From Armatimonadota bacterium (lineage in GTDB: Bacteria > Armatimonadota > UBA5829 > DSUL01): a DNA stretch of 64,000 nt. Shown one piece after another: positions 10,803-19,734 of the stretch. Each line of letters starts with the position of its first letter. Within the stretch, counting starts at the first letter, position 1. Location of the stretch: assembly GCA_040769165.1 (NCBI GenBank), contig JAXGLP010000002.1, positions 194,657 through 258,656 on the forward strand, written 5' to 3'. Under the pieces are notes generated by a model that had not been told where the DNA came from, did not search any database, and worked only from the letters and a program-made list of their open reading frames with translations. The position numbers and the translations under genes were made by a program.

Positions 10803-11340
10803 AGCCGGACAGCGCCCGCCTCAGAGCGTCTTTCGCCCGGAAGAGCAGCGATTCCACGGCCGGGACGCTCGTGTTGAGCACAGCGGCGATCTGCCTGTAG
10901 GAGAGTTCCTCGTACCGCTGAAGCACGACGGCCATCCGCTGGTTTGGGGGCAGCGACGCGATCGCCGCGCGCACCTGCCGCGCAAGCTCGTCCGATGCGG
11001 CCTGAGCCTCCGGCGAGGCGGACTCGTCCGCGGGCATCTGTGTCAGTTCCGCCTCGGGCGCCAGCCGCCACCGGCGCCGCTTTCTCAGCGCGTCCACGCA
11101 GGCGTTCGCGGTGACGCGGTAGAGCCAGGTGGAGAACTCGGCGTCCGGGCGATAGTCCCGCGCCGACGTGTAGAGCCTGACGAAGACTTCCTGAGCTGCA
11201 TCCTGGGCGGCATCGGCATCTCCCAAAAAGCGCCAGGCGATGTTGACGACGCGCGCGCGATACCGCTCGAAGAGCGCCTGAAAGGCGGCCTCGTCTCCGC
11301 GCTGCCACGCAGCGATCAGTTGACTGTCGGGAGTCGGCAT
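10759..11340 (-). CDS. RNA polymerase sigma-70 factor, ECF subfamily
   Basis: Region 2 (FQALFERYRARVVNIAWRFLGDADAAQDAAQEVFVRLY) and region 4 (RMAVVLQRYEELSYRQIAAVLNTSVPAVESLLFRAKDALR) signatures. 193 aa. Confidence 0.85.
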   Translation of the reverse strand: MPTPDSQLIAAWQRGDEAAFQALFERYRARVVNIAWRFLGDADAAQDAAQEVFVRLYTSARDYRPDAEFSTWLYRVTANACVDALRKRRRWRLAPEAELTQMPADESASPEAQAASDELARQVRAAIASLPPNQRMAVVLQRYEELSYRQIAAVLNTSVPAVESLLFRAKDALRRALSGYVEAAEHPAGGKKD

Positions 11341-11615
11341 TCGCGTATGCTCGATTCAGCGGACGGCGTCACCGCATACTATCACGATTTGCGGACGGGT
11401 GCGGCACGGCCCATCTGAACCGCGGATGTGATGACATCAGGCCTTCCTCAAGTAATCGTGAGTTATTCGCAGGCTCTGGCGGTCTTGCCGCAACGCCCGA
11501 GTGCTATGATTAGTGTCAGGTTCGCCGCTGACTCCCGGCAACGGGGTGGGACACATCCTTTTGGCAGGCCCGTTCGCGCGGGGCAGCGGCGGAAACATCA
11601 AAGGAGAGTAATAAC

Positions 11616-12599
11616 ATGTCTTTCTCAGGGGTCTTTCGCGCGGCACTCTCTGTCGCGCTCGTGCTGTCGGTTTCGGTGGCGGCCGGAGCTGCGGTGTTTG
11701 TCTCGTCCGGCGACACGGTGTGGCGCATGGACGACGGGCTCACCGCCATCGAGGCGACGCAGAGCGGGTTCACCGATCTGGCTTCCCTGGCGACCCAGCC
11801 GATCGGCAGTGTCCTGATCGGCTCGGCTGGCAGTCTGCAGCGCTGGGACGCGAACCTTACGGGCATGCTCGGGAGCGCGAATTTCGGCGGCACCGTGGCC
11901 GCCCTCGCGGTGTGGCCTGACAGTACGGTCGGCGCGGCCGCAACCAACGGAGACGTGGTGAGGATGGATCCCGCAGTCAGCACCACGCTTGCCATCACCG
12001 GCGGCGCGGGTTCGCCGGCGGGCATTGCGGTTATGCCGGATGGCAGCTTCGTCCTTGCCAGCGCCTCCTTTGGGATGGTGTTCCACATGGACTCCGCCAT
12101 AACCACGTCTCACTGGACCGGCGGGTACGGCGTGCTTGACGGAATTGACACCACCTCCGACAGTCAGTCGGTCATCGGAGGAAGCGGTCTGAACATGGTC
12201 TGGCGGCTCGACCCGACCTGCACCTTCTTCACGGGGTCAACCGGCGGGTTCCCCGGCGTCACGACCGTCAAGGTCGGAGCGGATGACTCGATCTACATCG
12301 GCACATCGGGTGACACGCTCTACCGGCTGGATACCGCCTTCTCGTCGTTCCTCGGCATGCAGACAGGCGTCGGCTCGATCACAGCCATGGACCTCATGCT
12401 CGATGGCTCGGTGCTCGTCGGGAACGCGGCGGGCAGGGTGACCCGGTACGACGCGGGCCTCACCACGGTGCTCGGCCAGTACGATTTCGGCGTCCCCATC
12501 ACCAGTCTCGCTGGTGAGGTGGTGCCGGAGCCGGCCTCGCTGACAGCCCTCGCGGCCGGGCTTGCGGGGCTTCTGGGCTTGAGGAGGCGCAGGAGCTAG
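11616..12599 (+). CDS. PEP-CTERM sorting domain-containing secreted protein
   Basis: Signal peptide. C-terminus VPEPASLTALAAGLAGLLGLRRRRS matches the PEP motif + TM + basic tail of exosortase substrates. Strong RBS AAAGGAGAG upstream of the ATG. Confidence 0.75.
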   Translation: MSFSGVFRAALSVALVLSVSVAAGAAVFVSSGDTVWRMDDGLTAIEATQSGFTDLASLATQPIGSVLIGSAGSLQRWDANLTGMLGSANFGGTVAALAVWPDSTVGAAATNGDVVRMDPAVSTTLAITGGAGSPAGIAVMPDGSFVLASASFGMVFHMDSAITTSHWTGGYGVLDGIDTTSDSQSVIGGSGLNMVWRLDPTCTFFTGSTGGFPGVTTVKVGADDSIYIGTSGDTLYRLDTAFSSFLGMQTGVGSITAMDLMLDGSVLVGNAAGRVTRYDAGLTTVLGQYDFGVPITSLAGEVVPEPASLTALAAGLAGLLGLRRRRS

Positions 12600-12634
12600 G
12601 CTCGCCCTGGTCTCACTGCTTGCGACGAAATACG

Positions 12635-12662
12635 GGGGCGGCCCGGCGTGACGGGCCGCCCC
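12635..12662. terminator. Candidate bidirectional terminator hairpin between convergent genes
   Basis: Perfect inverted repeat GGGGCGGCCC-ggcgtgac-GGGCCGCCCC, followed by TTCGCATTC. Located between the PEP-CTERM gene end (12599) and the deacetylase gene end (12670). Confidence 0.4.
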
Positions 12663-12669
12663 TTCGCAT

Positions 12670-14778
12670 TCAAGGTTGTGCCGAGGCCGAGGTGACGAGA
12701 ATCCGCGGCTGGAGCCGGTCGCCGTCGCGCCAGCAGGACGATACGCCGGTGAGCAGGACATGAGTGAGGCCGGGGTCCACCGCAACGCCTTCTTCCCACA
12801 TGCAGCGCGTGGGGCTGCCCGAGCCGTCGTCTATGACCATCTCTCCAACTTCGGGGTCCATTGTCAGCACGCGGCCCCAGGCGCGGACAAGCAGCCCCAC
12901 GTTGTTCGGGCCCGCCTCCGGTGACCCGACGGCCTCCTGAAGACCGGCGGACGCCCCTCCGAGCGACGAGCATCGGATTGTGAGCGGAAGCGCCGGGGCC
13001 TGCCCGTCTGTCTTCGCCGATCCCGCCATCAGGCAGCGCTCTCCCTCCACGTTCGTGTCCATTCTGCCCGCAACGTCCACGCGCGATCCCGCCGCGATAG
13101 AGTGGCCCGGCATCTCTACCCGCAGGCCGCGCGAGCGACCCGCGTTCTGGATGTAGAACGCACCGTCGAATGCGGCGCTGGCGGCGTTGCCTCGAAGGGT
13201 CACGTATTCCCCGGCCGCCGCGCCCACCACGTCCGAGAGCGTACGCTCGCTTGATGTCAGCGTAAGAAGCTGCGCCGGCCCGGTTCTGTGGAAGCCGAGC
13301 ACACACAGCGGGTCTTGGAAGCGCACCGTCAGCCAGCAGGGCCCGGCCGGAGCGTCAACGGGCGGCGTCCAGACCCATTCGAACACAGCCTGCCCGGACC
13401 AGCCGGAGACCGAAACGTCCTGCGGCGTGGGCGCCAGGTGGCTGTCATAGATTGCGCCGTTCGTCGCATCGCTGTCGCTGTCCACGACAAGCCGCGCACA
13501 GGCCGAGGCTGTCACGCCCGAGTTGTTCGCCGTCACCCGGATGCGCATGCTCTGCCCCAGGTGCGCCTGACCCGAGGGCAGGGGAATTCCGCTGGCGGCG
13601 TCCACAAGCTCGATGGATGTCACGGCGATGGTGGGAACGGGGAGCGGGTCGCCGATCTGCCGGAAGAAGAACGAAGACGGCGCGGCGGGGTTGTAGTCGG
13701 TGGTTGTGTCCCAGTAAATCGGCACGCGCTTCAGCGCGTATTTGTCGGCGCAGTTAGGCTCCACTCCGCCCCAGGCCCCGAACGCAGCGAAGTAGCCCGC
13801 GTCCCGGACGGCCCGCTTGACCGTGTCGTTGTATGCGCCGTACGGATAGCAGAAGTAGTCCACTGGCGCGCCGTAGCGGGTCTGGAGTTCGGTGCGCGAG
13901 TTCACCAGTTCCGCCGCGCGCGCCGCGCTCGATGAATAGCGCAGGTCGGGATGCGTGACGCTGTGGCTCTGCAGGTCCATATAGCCCGTGTTGTACGCCG
14001 ACGTGACTTCGTCCCATGTCATGAACATGATGACCGGGTTGTTGTCGCCATCCCACGAGTTGTCGGTGCCCATGACCCCCGTCAGCAGGAACATGACGGC
14101 GCGGTAGTCGTGCTGCATCAGAATGGGGATCGCGTCGAGCCAGAAGTTCTGGTAGCCTCCGTCGAAGGTGAGCAGAATCGGTTTGGCGGGCGCGGGGGCG
14201 AGGCCCGCGCGGATGTCCATCAGCTCCTGGCAGGTGAGCGCGGTGTAGCCGTAAGCCCTCAGCGCCGCAAGCTGAGCGCGGAGCATGTCCGTCGTGTTCC
14301 AGTACTGCGAATACAGCGCGTCGCCGATCTTGTGGTACATCAGAATCGGCACGCGCACGGGCATCGGCGCCAGCATCTTCAGGATGTCGCTGCGCTTAAG
14401 GCTGGCCGACTCGCTCGCATCCCAGCGCACGACGTACGTGATGTCGTAGAACACGGAAGCGCCGCTGCTGGCGTAGGGAGGGAGGTTGATCCTGAACTGC
14501 CGGTAGTACCAGTTTGTGCCGGGCTGAACCGCGACGGACACGCCCGCGGGGATATCGTCCTTCACCACCTCGGATGCCGGGCCGGTCATCGAGGCGCCCA
14601 GGAGCGCGGTCAGGGCAGAATCGCTGGTGATCTGGTAGCCGAGCGTCACCATCACCCCGTCGCGCGCCTCGACGGCCGAAACGGTCGTGTCCGCTATGGA
14701 AAGCGTGGCCGCCGGAGCGCTGGAACAGGCGGCTATGGCGGCGGCAATTGCGAAAGCGGCAATGCGAAACGTGTTCAT
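12670..14778 (-). CDS. Polysaccharide deacetylase family (CE4 / NodB homology) secreted protein with a C-terminal domain shared with the 33661..35688 protein
   Basis: Start chosen at the internal ATG (MNTFRIAAFAIAAAIAA signal peptide), 60 codons into the listed 12670..14958 ORF. NodB-type motifs (LLTFDGGYQNF..., HSVTHPDL). The C-terminal roughly 190 aa align to the C-terminus of the 675-aa repeat protein. Confidence 0.75.
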   Translation of the reverse strand: MNTFRIAAFAIAAAIAACSSAPAATLSIADTTVSAVEARDGVMVTLGYQITSDSALTALLGASMTGPASEVVKDDIPAGVSVAVQPGTNWYYRQFRINLPPYASSGASVFYDITYVVRWDASESASLKRSDILKMLAPMPVRVPILMYHKIGDALYSQYWNTTDMLRAQLAALRAYGYTALTCQELMDIRAGLAPAPAKPILLTFDGGYQNFWLDAIPILMQHDYRAVMFLLTGVMGTDNSWDGDNNPVIMFMTWDEVTSAYNTGYMDLQSHSVTHPDLRYSSSAARAAELVNSRTELQTRYGAPVDYFCYPYGAYNDTVKRAVRDAGYFAAFGAWGGVEPNCADKYALKRVPIYWDTTTDYNPAAPSSFFFRQIGDPLPVPTIAVTSIELVDAASGIPLPSGQAHLGQSMRIRVTANNSGVTASACARLVVDSDSDATNGAIYDSHLAPTPQDVSVSGWSGQAVFEWVWTPPVDAPAGPCWLTVRFQDPLCVLGFHRTGPAQLLTLTSSERTLSDVVGAAAGEYVTLRGNAASAAFDGAFYIQNAGRSRGLRVEMPGHSIAAGSRVDVAGRMDTNVEGERCLMAGSAKTDGQAPALPLTIRCSSLGGASAGLQEAVGSPEAGPNNVGLLVRAWGRVLTMDPEVGEMVIDDGSGSPTRCMWEEGVAVDPGLTHVLLTGVSSCWRDGDRLQPRILVTSASAQP

Positions 14779-14837
14779 GGGGCGGTCAAGCCTCCTTTGC
14801 AGGCTCCATTCTAGCACGGGCGGGGTATACTGGCGGC

Positions 14838-15527
14838 ATGGCGAAGAAATCGGAAACGAGCGCGCCCCGGTGGCACGAGGAGTGGGCCGGCCGGGTCTGC
14901 ACCCCGGAGGCCATGGTGCGTTTCGTGAACGCGGTGGGCGTGTGCACCACGAGGCCACTGGCCGGGTTTGCCGGGTTCCCCTGCCAGTCGGAGGCGCTTG
15001 GCCCCGTCCCTCCCGGGGCGTCCGACCCCTGGTTCTGGAAGGACGACCTGCACGTAGAGAAGCGGATCTACTACACCCGTGTTTTCAAGGGCGAGCCGGG
15101 TTTTCTGTCGCTGGAGATGCTGCCCGCATTCATCGCGACGAACGGGATGGTCGTGGATGAGCTTCTCTACTGCGGCGCCATGACCCCCGAAGCGCAGCAG
15201 ATCTACGCGGCTATCGAGGCACAGGGGCCGATTCCCATTCGCGACCTGAAGCGAATGCTGACGCCGGATGCCGCGCGTTCGGTTGACCGGGAGCTGCACG
15301 CTCTGGAGCGCAGGTTCATCATCACCAAGACAGCCATCAGCGGGCGCACGCGGCATACGTATGGCTATGTGTGGGACCTGGTGGAGCGCTGGATGCCCGA
15401 GATGCTCGCCGCCGCCGACCGCATGGGGCACACAAAGGCGCGGGCACGGATCCGCAAGCATCTGGCGGCTTACGGCATCGGCGCGGACTCGCCGTTCTAC
15501 GGCCGGGTGCTCGGCTGGCAGGAGTGA
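14838..15527 (+). CDS. Hypothetical protein (229 aa), possible winged-helix DNA-binding / YcaQ-like fold
   Basis: ORF 14748..15527. The ATG at 14838 (MAKKSETSAPRW) lies just after the divergent deacetylase start. No confident family assignment. Confidence 0.4.
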   Translation: MAKKSETSAPRWHEEWAGRVCTPEAMVRFVNAVGVCTTRPLAGFAGFPCQSEALGPVPPGASDPWFWKDDLHVEKRIYYTRVFKGEPGFLSLEMLPAFIATNGMVVDELLYCGAMTPEAQQIYAAIEAQGPIPIRDLKRMLTPDAARSVDRELHALERRFIITKTAISGRTRHTYGYVWDLVERWMPEMLAAADRMGHTKARARIRKHLAAYGIGADSPFYGRVLGWQE

Positions 15528-15536
15528 CCGGGCGCC

Positions 15537-16229
15537 TCAGCCCGGCTTGCGCCCGGCCACGAGGAAGACCGTGAACTCGCGGAGCCCTTTTCCCTTCGCG
15601 GGCTTCTCGAGCGTATGGGCAGTCTCGCAAGTGACATCCTCGAGCCCGCAAGTCACAAACAGCCCCGCCATCCCGGCCCGCTCGAACCCTTTGTGATACA
15701 CCCCGGTGGGGTCCTCGTGAAACTCGCCATCATCCGGGTCGATGTCGGCCACGGCAAGCCAGCCGCCCGGCCGCAGCATCAAGGTGAGTGCCGCAACGAG
15801 CGCGGGCACGTCCTGGATATGGTGCATGGTCATTGCCGAAACGATGAGGCCGAACTGGTCGCCGGGCGGCGGCTCGCGTTCGAGGTCGAGCAGCAGCGTC
15901 CTGACCCCTGCCAGCCCGCTCGCCGCGATCTTCCCCTCGATCTGCGCGAGCATTCCGGGCGAGCTGTCGGCGGCGGCAATGCTCCCCACGTGCGGCTGTA
16001 TGCCAAGCGTGATCAGGCCGGTGCCGGCGCCGTAATCGAGCGCGTGCACGCCGGGTGTAGTCGGGACGCGCTCGAGTATCGCCTGTGTGATGGCTCGCGC
16101 GAGCGCGATGCGGGCAGGAACGTTGTCCCACGCGCCGGCCTCGGTGTCGAAATCTCGTCTGGACGTAATGGTCAAGAGGATTATCCCCGTTATTGATTCG
16201 CGCCCGGTCCGCGGCACTCCTGCGGACAC
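15537..16229 (-). CDS. Class I SAM-dependent methyltransferase
   Basis: Motif I LDYGAGTGLITLGI and post-I acidic residue. Small Rossmann-fold methyltransferase length. Confidence 0.65.
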   Translation of the reverse strand: MSAGVPRTGRESITGIILLTITSRRDFDTEAGAWDNVPARIALARAITQAILERVPTTPGVHALDYGAGTGLITLGIQPHVGSIAAADSSPGMLAQIEGKIAASGLAGVRTLLLDLEREPPPGDQFGLIVSAMTMHHIQDVPALVAALTLMLRPGGWLAVADIDPDDGEFHEDPTGVYHKGFERAGMAGLFVTCGLEDVTCETAHTLEKPAKGKGLREFTVFLVAGRKPG

Positions 16230-16351
16230 TGCGGAGACGCCGTTCCCGGGCAGGGCGCCCGTCGGGTGACAGTGAGCATTTGCGCAGGCGGCGGCGTGCG
16301 GCTAAGATGCGGCTGTGCGGGCCTGCCGCTCGCCGGGATCGAGGAAGTACG

Positions 16352-18025
16352 ATGTGTGTCTGCGTTATTGCCTGCCTTGCGGTCTTTGCGGCAACGGGAG
16401 TCTCCGCCGCCCCGGTGGAGATGTACGGCGTGTACGAGGCCTCCTTCACCAGCAGCCGCGCGTATGAGAACCCGTCGCAAGATGTCGAGACCGCGGTCGA
16501 GTTCGTCTCCCCCGCGGGCAAACGGACTGGCGCCGACACGTTCTGGGACGGCGGCGGCGTCTGGCGGGTGCGCTTCAGCCCGGATGAGACGGGAACGTGG
16601 CGGTGGACGTCCCGCTGCTCAGACGCCTCGAACGCCGGGCTTCACGGGCGCTCAGGCTCGTTTCAGTGCAAACCGTACCGGGGAAGCAACCCGCTTCGCC
16701 TCCACGGCCCGCTGAAGCTTTCGCCAACGCGACGATACCTTGCTCACGTGGACGGGACGCCGTTCTTCTGGCTTGCCGATACAGCCTGGAACGGGGTGCT
16801 GAAGGCGAACCCGGACGACTGGGAAAAGTATCTGTCCTCGCGCCGAAAGCAGGGCTTCACCGCCGTGCAGTTTGTCTCGACCCCCTGGCGGTCGTTCGAT
16901 GTGGATTCGCACGGCGAAACGGCGTTCACCGGAACGGAGGATTTCCGCATCAATCCGGGTTTCTTCCGCCGCCTTGACGGCAGGGTGCAGGCGATCAACA
17001 GCCACGGGATGGTTGCCGCTCCCGTGGTGCTTTGGGCCGTCGGCAAGAGCGATCCGGGGCAGGCTCTGAGCGAGAAGAACGCGATCAGGCTCTCGAAGTA
17101 CATCGTGGCGCGGTGGGGAGCGCACAACGTCGTCTGGATGCTCGGTGGTGACGGGAACTACGGCGGCGAGCGGGCCGGGCGCTGGAAGACGATTGGGCGA
17201 GCGGTATTTGGTGACAGGCCAGCGCGTCTGGCAACCATGCACCCCGGCGGGCTGCAGTGGCCTGTGGAGGAGTTCCGCGGTGAAGCCTGGTACGGCATCG
17301 CCGGCTACCAGAGCGGTCACGGCGATTCTGCCCGCGCCGTGCGTTGGCTGGTGGAGGGTCCTCCGGCAACAGAATGGGACAGGCGCCCGGCGCTTCCGTT
17401 CATCAACCTGGAGCCAAATTACGAGGCGATACTCGCTTACGAATCGAAGAAGGCCCACAATGCCCTGAGCGTGCGGAAGGCGCTCTACCGCAGCCTGCTC
17501 ATTTCGCCGGCATCTGGCGTCACTTACGGGCATCATGCAATCTGGTTCTGGACGGACACGCCGATGGTTCCCTCAAAGCATCCTGGTTCGGGCATCGCCA
17601 TTGCCTGGCGCGAGGCTGTAGAAAGCGAAGGCGCCGGCTCGGTGCGGCATCTTGCCGGTCTCTTCAACTCGATCCGATGGTGGACGCTGCGGCCCGATGC
17701 TTCGCTGGTGCTGAACCGTCCCGATGATCCCCTCCGTTTCATCGCTTCGGCGCGCAGCGACGACGGGGCGCTGGCGATGGTATATCTGCCGGAGGGCGGG
17801 GCACTGAAACTGAACACGAGCAAGCTGAAGCCCGGCTCGCGCCTGCGATGGTTCGACCCGGCAACGGGCGCGTTCACATCCGCGGGTGAGATTACCGCCG
17901 GGGATCTGCAGCTTACCGCCCCCGGTCAGGGCGACCGCGTGCTTCTGATCGGGGACAGTGACGAGAGGGGCGCCGGTTGGCCCCGAACAACCCGGAACGA
18001 AAGCGAGGAACGACAATGCTTATGA
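16352..18025 (+). CDS. GH140-like glycoside hydrolase (DUF5060 N-terminal domain + DUF4038 catalytic TIM barrel), secreted, paralog 1
   Basis: Start at the internal ATG (MCVCVIACLAVFAATGVSAA signal peptide). N-terminal MYGVYEASFTSSRAYENP...VEFVSPAGKR (DUF5060-like), then GTPFFWLADTAWN...RRKQGFTAVQ (DUF4038-like). Confidence 0.75.
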   Translation: MCVCVIACLAVFAATGVSAAPVEMYGVYEASFTSSRAYENPSQDVETAVEFVSPAGKRTGADTFWDGGGVWRVRFSPDETGTWRWTSRCSDASNAGLHGRSGSFQCKPYRGSNPLRLHGPLKLSPTRRYLAHVDGTPFFWLADTAWNGVLKANPDDWEKYLSSRRKQGFTAVQFVSTPWRSFDVDSHGETAFTGTEDFRINPGFFRRLDGRVQAINSHGMVAAPVVLWAVGKSDPGQALSEKNAIRLSKYIVARWGAHNVVWMLGGDGNYGGERAGRWKTIGRAVFGDRPARLATMHPGGLQWPVEEFRGEAWYGIAGYQSGHGDSARAVRWLVEGPPATEWDRRPALPFINLEPNYEAILAYESKKAHNALSVRKALYRSLLISPASGVTYGHHAIWFWTDTPMVPSKHPGSGIAIAWREAVESEGAGSVRHLAGLFNSIRWWTLRPDASLVLNRPDDPLRFIASARSDDGALAMVYLPEGGALKLNTSKLKPGSRLRWFDPATGAFTSAGEITAGDLQLTAPGQGDRVLLIGDSDERGAGWPRTTRNESEERQCL

Positions 18026-19623
18026 CTATTACTGCCTGCCTGCTGGTTATGGCCGCGGCAGGAATTCCAGCCGCGGCGGTGGAGATGCACGGCGTGTACG
18101 AAGCGTCCTTCACCAGCAGCCGAGCTTATGAAAACCCGTCGCTGGATGTCGGGGCAGCGGTCGAGTTCGTCTCCCCGTCGGGCAAACGGGCAAGCGCGGA
18201 CGCGTTCTGGGACGGCGGCGGCGTCTGGCGGGTGCGCTTCAGCCCCACCGAGACCGGAGACTGGCGCTGGACGTCGGAGTGCACCGACCCGGCCAACTCC
18301 GGGCTTCACGGGCGCTCCGGCTCGTTCGAGTGCAAGCCATACCGGGGCAGTAACCCGCTGCGCGTTCACGGCCCGCTGAAGCTCTCGGCCACGGGGCGTC
18401 ACATGGCTCACATGGACGGGACGCCGTTTTTCTGGCTTGCCGACACGGCCTGGAACGGGGTTCTGAAGGCGAAGCCGGACGACTGGAACAAGTACCTGTC
18501 CACGCGCCGCAAGCAGGGCTTCACCGCGGCGCAGTTTGTGGCAACGCACTGGGTGGCGCTGGACAAGGATTCCCACGGGGAGACCGCGTTCACGGGCAAA
18601 GAGGACATCCGCATCAATCCGGAGTTCTACAAGAGGTTGGACGCGAAGGTCGCCGCCATGAACGAGCACGGGCTGGTGGCCGCGCCGGTGATGCTCTGGG
18701 CGATATGGCGCACCGAGCCGGGACAGGCGCTGAGCGAGAAGGATGCCATCCGGCTCTGCAGGTACCTGGTGGCGCGCTGGGGTGCGTACAACGTCGTTTG
18801 GATTCTGGGCGGCGACGGCAGCTATCTGGGCAAGTATGCGCCGCGCTGGAAGAACATCGGGCGCGGGGTGTTCGGCGACGCTCCCGCGCGGCCGGTGACG
18901 ATGCACCCGGGTTCGCGGCAGTGGACCGGCGGCGACTTCCGCGCGGAGAAATGGTTCTCGTTCATCGGCTATCAGAGCGGTCACAACGATTCGGAGGAAG
19001 CGGTGAAGTGGCTGGTGGAGGGTCCGCCCGCGACCGAGTGGAGCACGCGTCCGGCACGGCCCATCGTCAACATGGAGCCGAACTACGAAGAGATCACGAG
19101 CCCTCAGACGGGCACGCACTTCGATGCGCTCGCGGTCCGAAAAGCGATGTATCGCAGCCTGCTCGTGTCGCCGACGGCGGGGGCAACCTACGGGCACCAC
19201 GGTGTCTGGAGCTGGGCCGAGACGTGGGAAGTGCCGCTCAATCACGACAAGTTCGGCAAAGCCCGGCCGTGGTACGAGGCCGTGAACAGCGAGGGGTCGC
19301 AGTCGGTGAAGCATCTGGCGCAGTTGTTCGGCTCCATCCGGTGGTGGACGCTGCGCCCGGATCGGGAGATGGTGCAAAACCAGCCGTCCACCGCGCTGCA
19401 GTTCATCGCGTCGGCGCGAAGCGAGGACGGGTCGCTGGCGATGGTGTATCTGCCGGAGAGCGGCGAGGTTGAGCTGGACGCCAGCAAGCTGAAACCCGGC
19501 GCGCGCATGCGATGGTTCGACCCGGCGGCGGGCACGTACACCTCGGCGGGAGAACTCGGCGCGGGCACGCTCAAGCTTACCGCATCGGGCAAGGGTGACC
19601 GGGTGCTGGTTGTCGGAGAGTAG
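18016..19623 (+). CDS. GH140-like glycoside hydrolase (DUF5060 + DUF4038), secreted, paralog 2 (tandem duplicate)
   Basis: About 75% amino-acid identity to the upstream paralog over the full length. Start at the internal ATG (MLMTITACLLVMAAAGIPAAA), overlapping the upstream gene by 10 nt. Confidence 0.75.
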   Translation: MLMTITACLLVMAAAGIPAAAVEMHGVYEASFTSSRAYENPSLDVGAAVEFVSPSGKRASADAFWDGGGVWRVRFSPTETGDWRWTSECTDPANSGLHGRSGSFECKPYRGSNPLRVHGPLKLSATGRHMAHMDGTPFFWLADTAWNGVLKAKPDDWNKYLSTRRKQGFTAAQFVATHWVALDKDSHGETAFTGKEDIRINPEFYKRLDAKVAAMNEHGLVAAPVMLWAIWRTEPGQALSEKDAIRLCRYLVARWGAYNVVWILGGDGSYLGKYAPRWKNIGRGVFGDAPARPVTMHPGSRQWTGGDFRAEKWFSFIGYQSGHNDSEEAVKWLVEGPPATEWSTRPARPIVNMEPNYEEITSPQTGTHFDALAVRKAMYRSLLVSPTAGATYGHHGVWSWAETWEVPLNHDKFGKARPWYEAVNSEGSQSVKHLAQLFGSIRWWTLRPDREMVQNQPSTALQFIASARSEDGSLAMVYLPESGEVELDASKLKPGARMRWFDPAAGTYTSAGELGAGTLKLTASGKGDRVLVVGE

Positions 19624-19734
19624 CAGGAACGCCTGAAGGTCTGCGCTGCCTGCCGGGTCAGCCAGTAGCACAACTGGCCGACCCGGTTGAAGGACTCCAA
19701 TGCTGTCGCGCTCCAAACACCAGGAGGGGAACGC

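Noticed and set aside
11341-11615. ECF-type autoregulatory promoter upstream of the sigma gene
   Set aside because: No convincing GGAAC/AAC-N16-17-CGT-like pair could be identified by eye. Only a weak TAGTAT-like hexamer is present.
12670-14958. Listed 762-aa ORF with a 60-aa Pro/Arg-rich N-terminal extension
   Set aside because: The extension precedes an obvious signal peptide (MNTFRIAAFAIAAAIAA) and overlaps the divergent gene. Start moved to 14778.
17926-19716. 596-aa minus-strand ORF
   Set aside because: Antisense to the second GH140-like gene, which has a signal peptide and conserved domains. Composition is Arg/Pro-rich.
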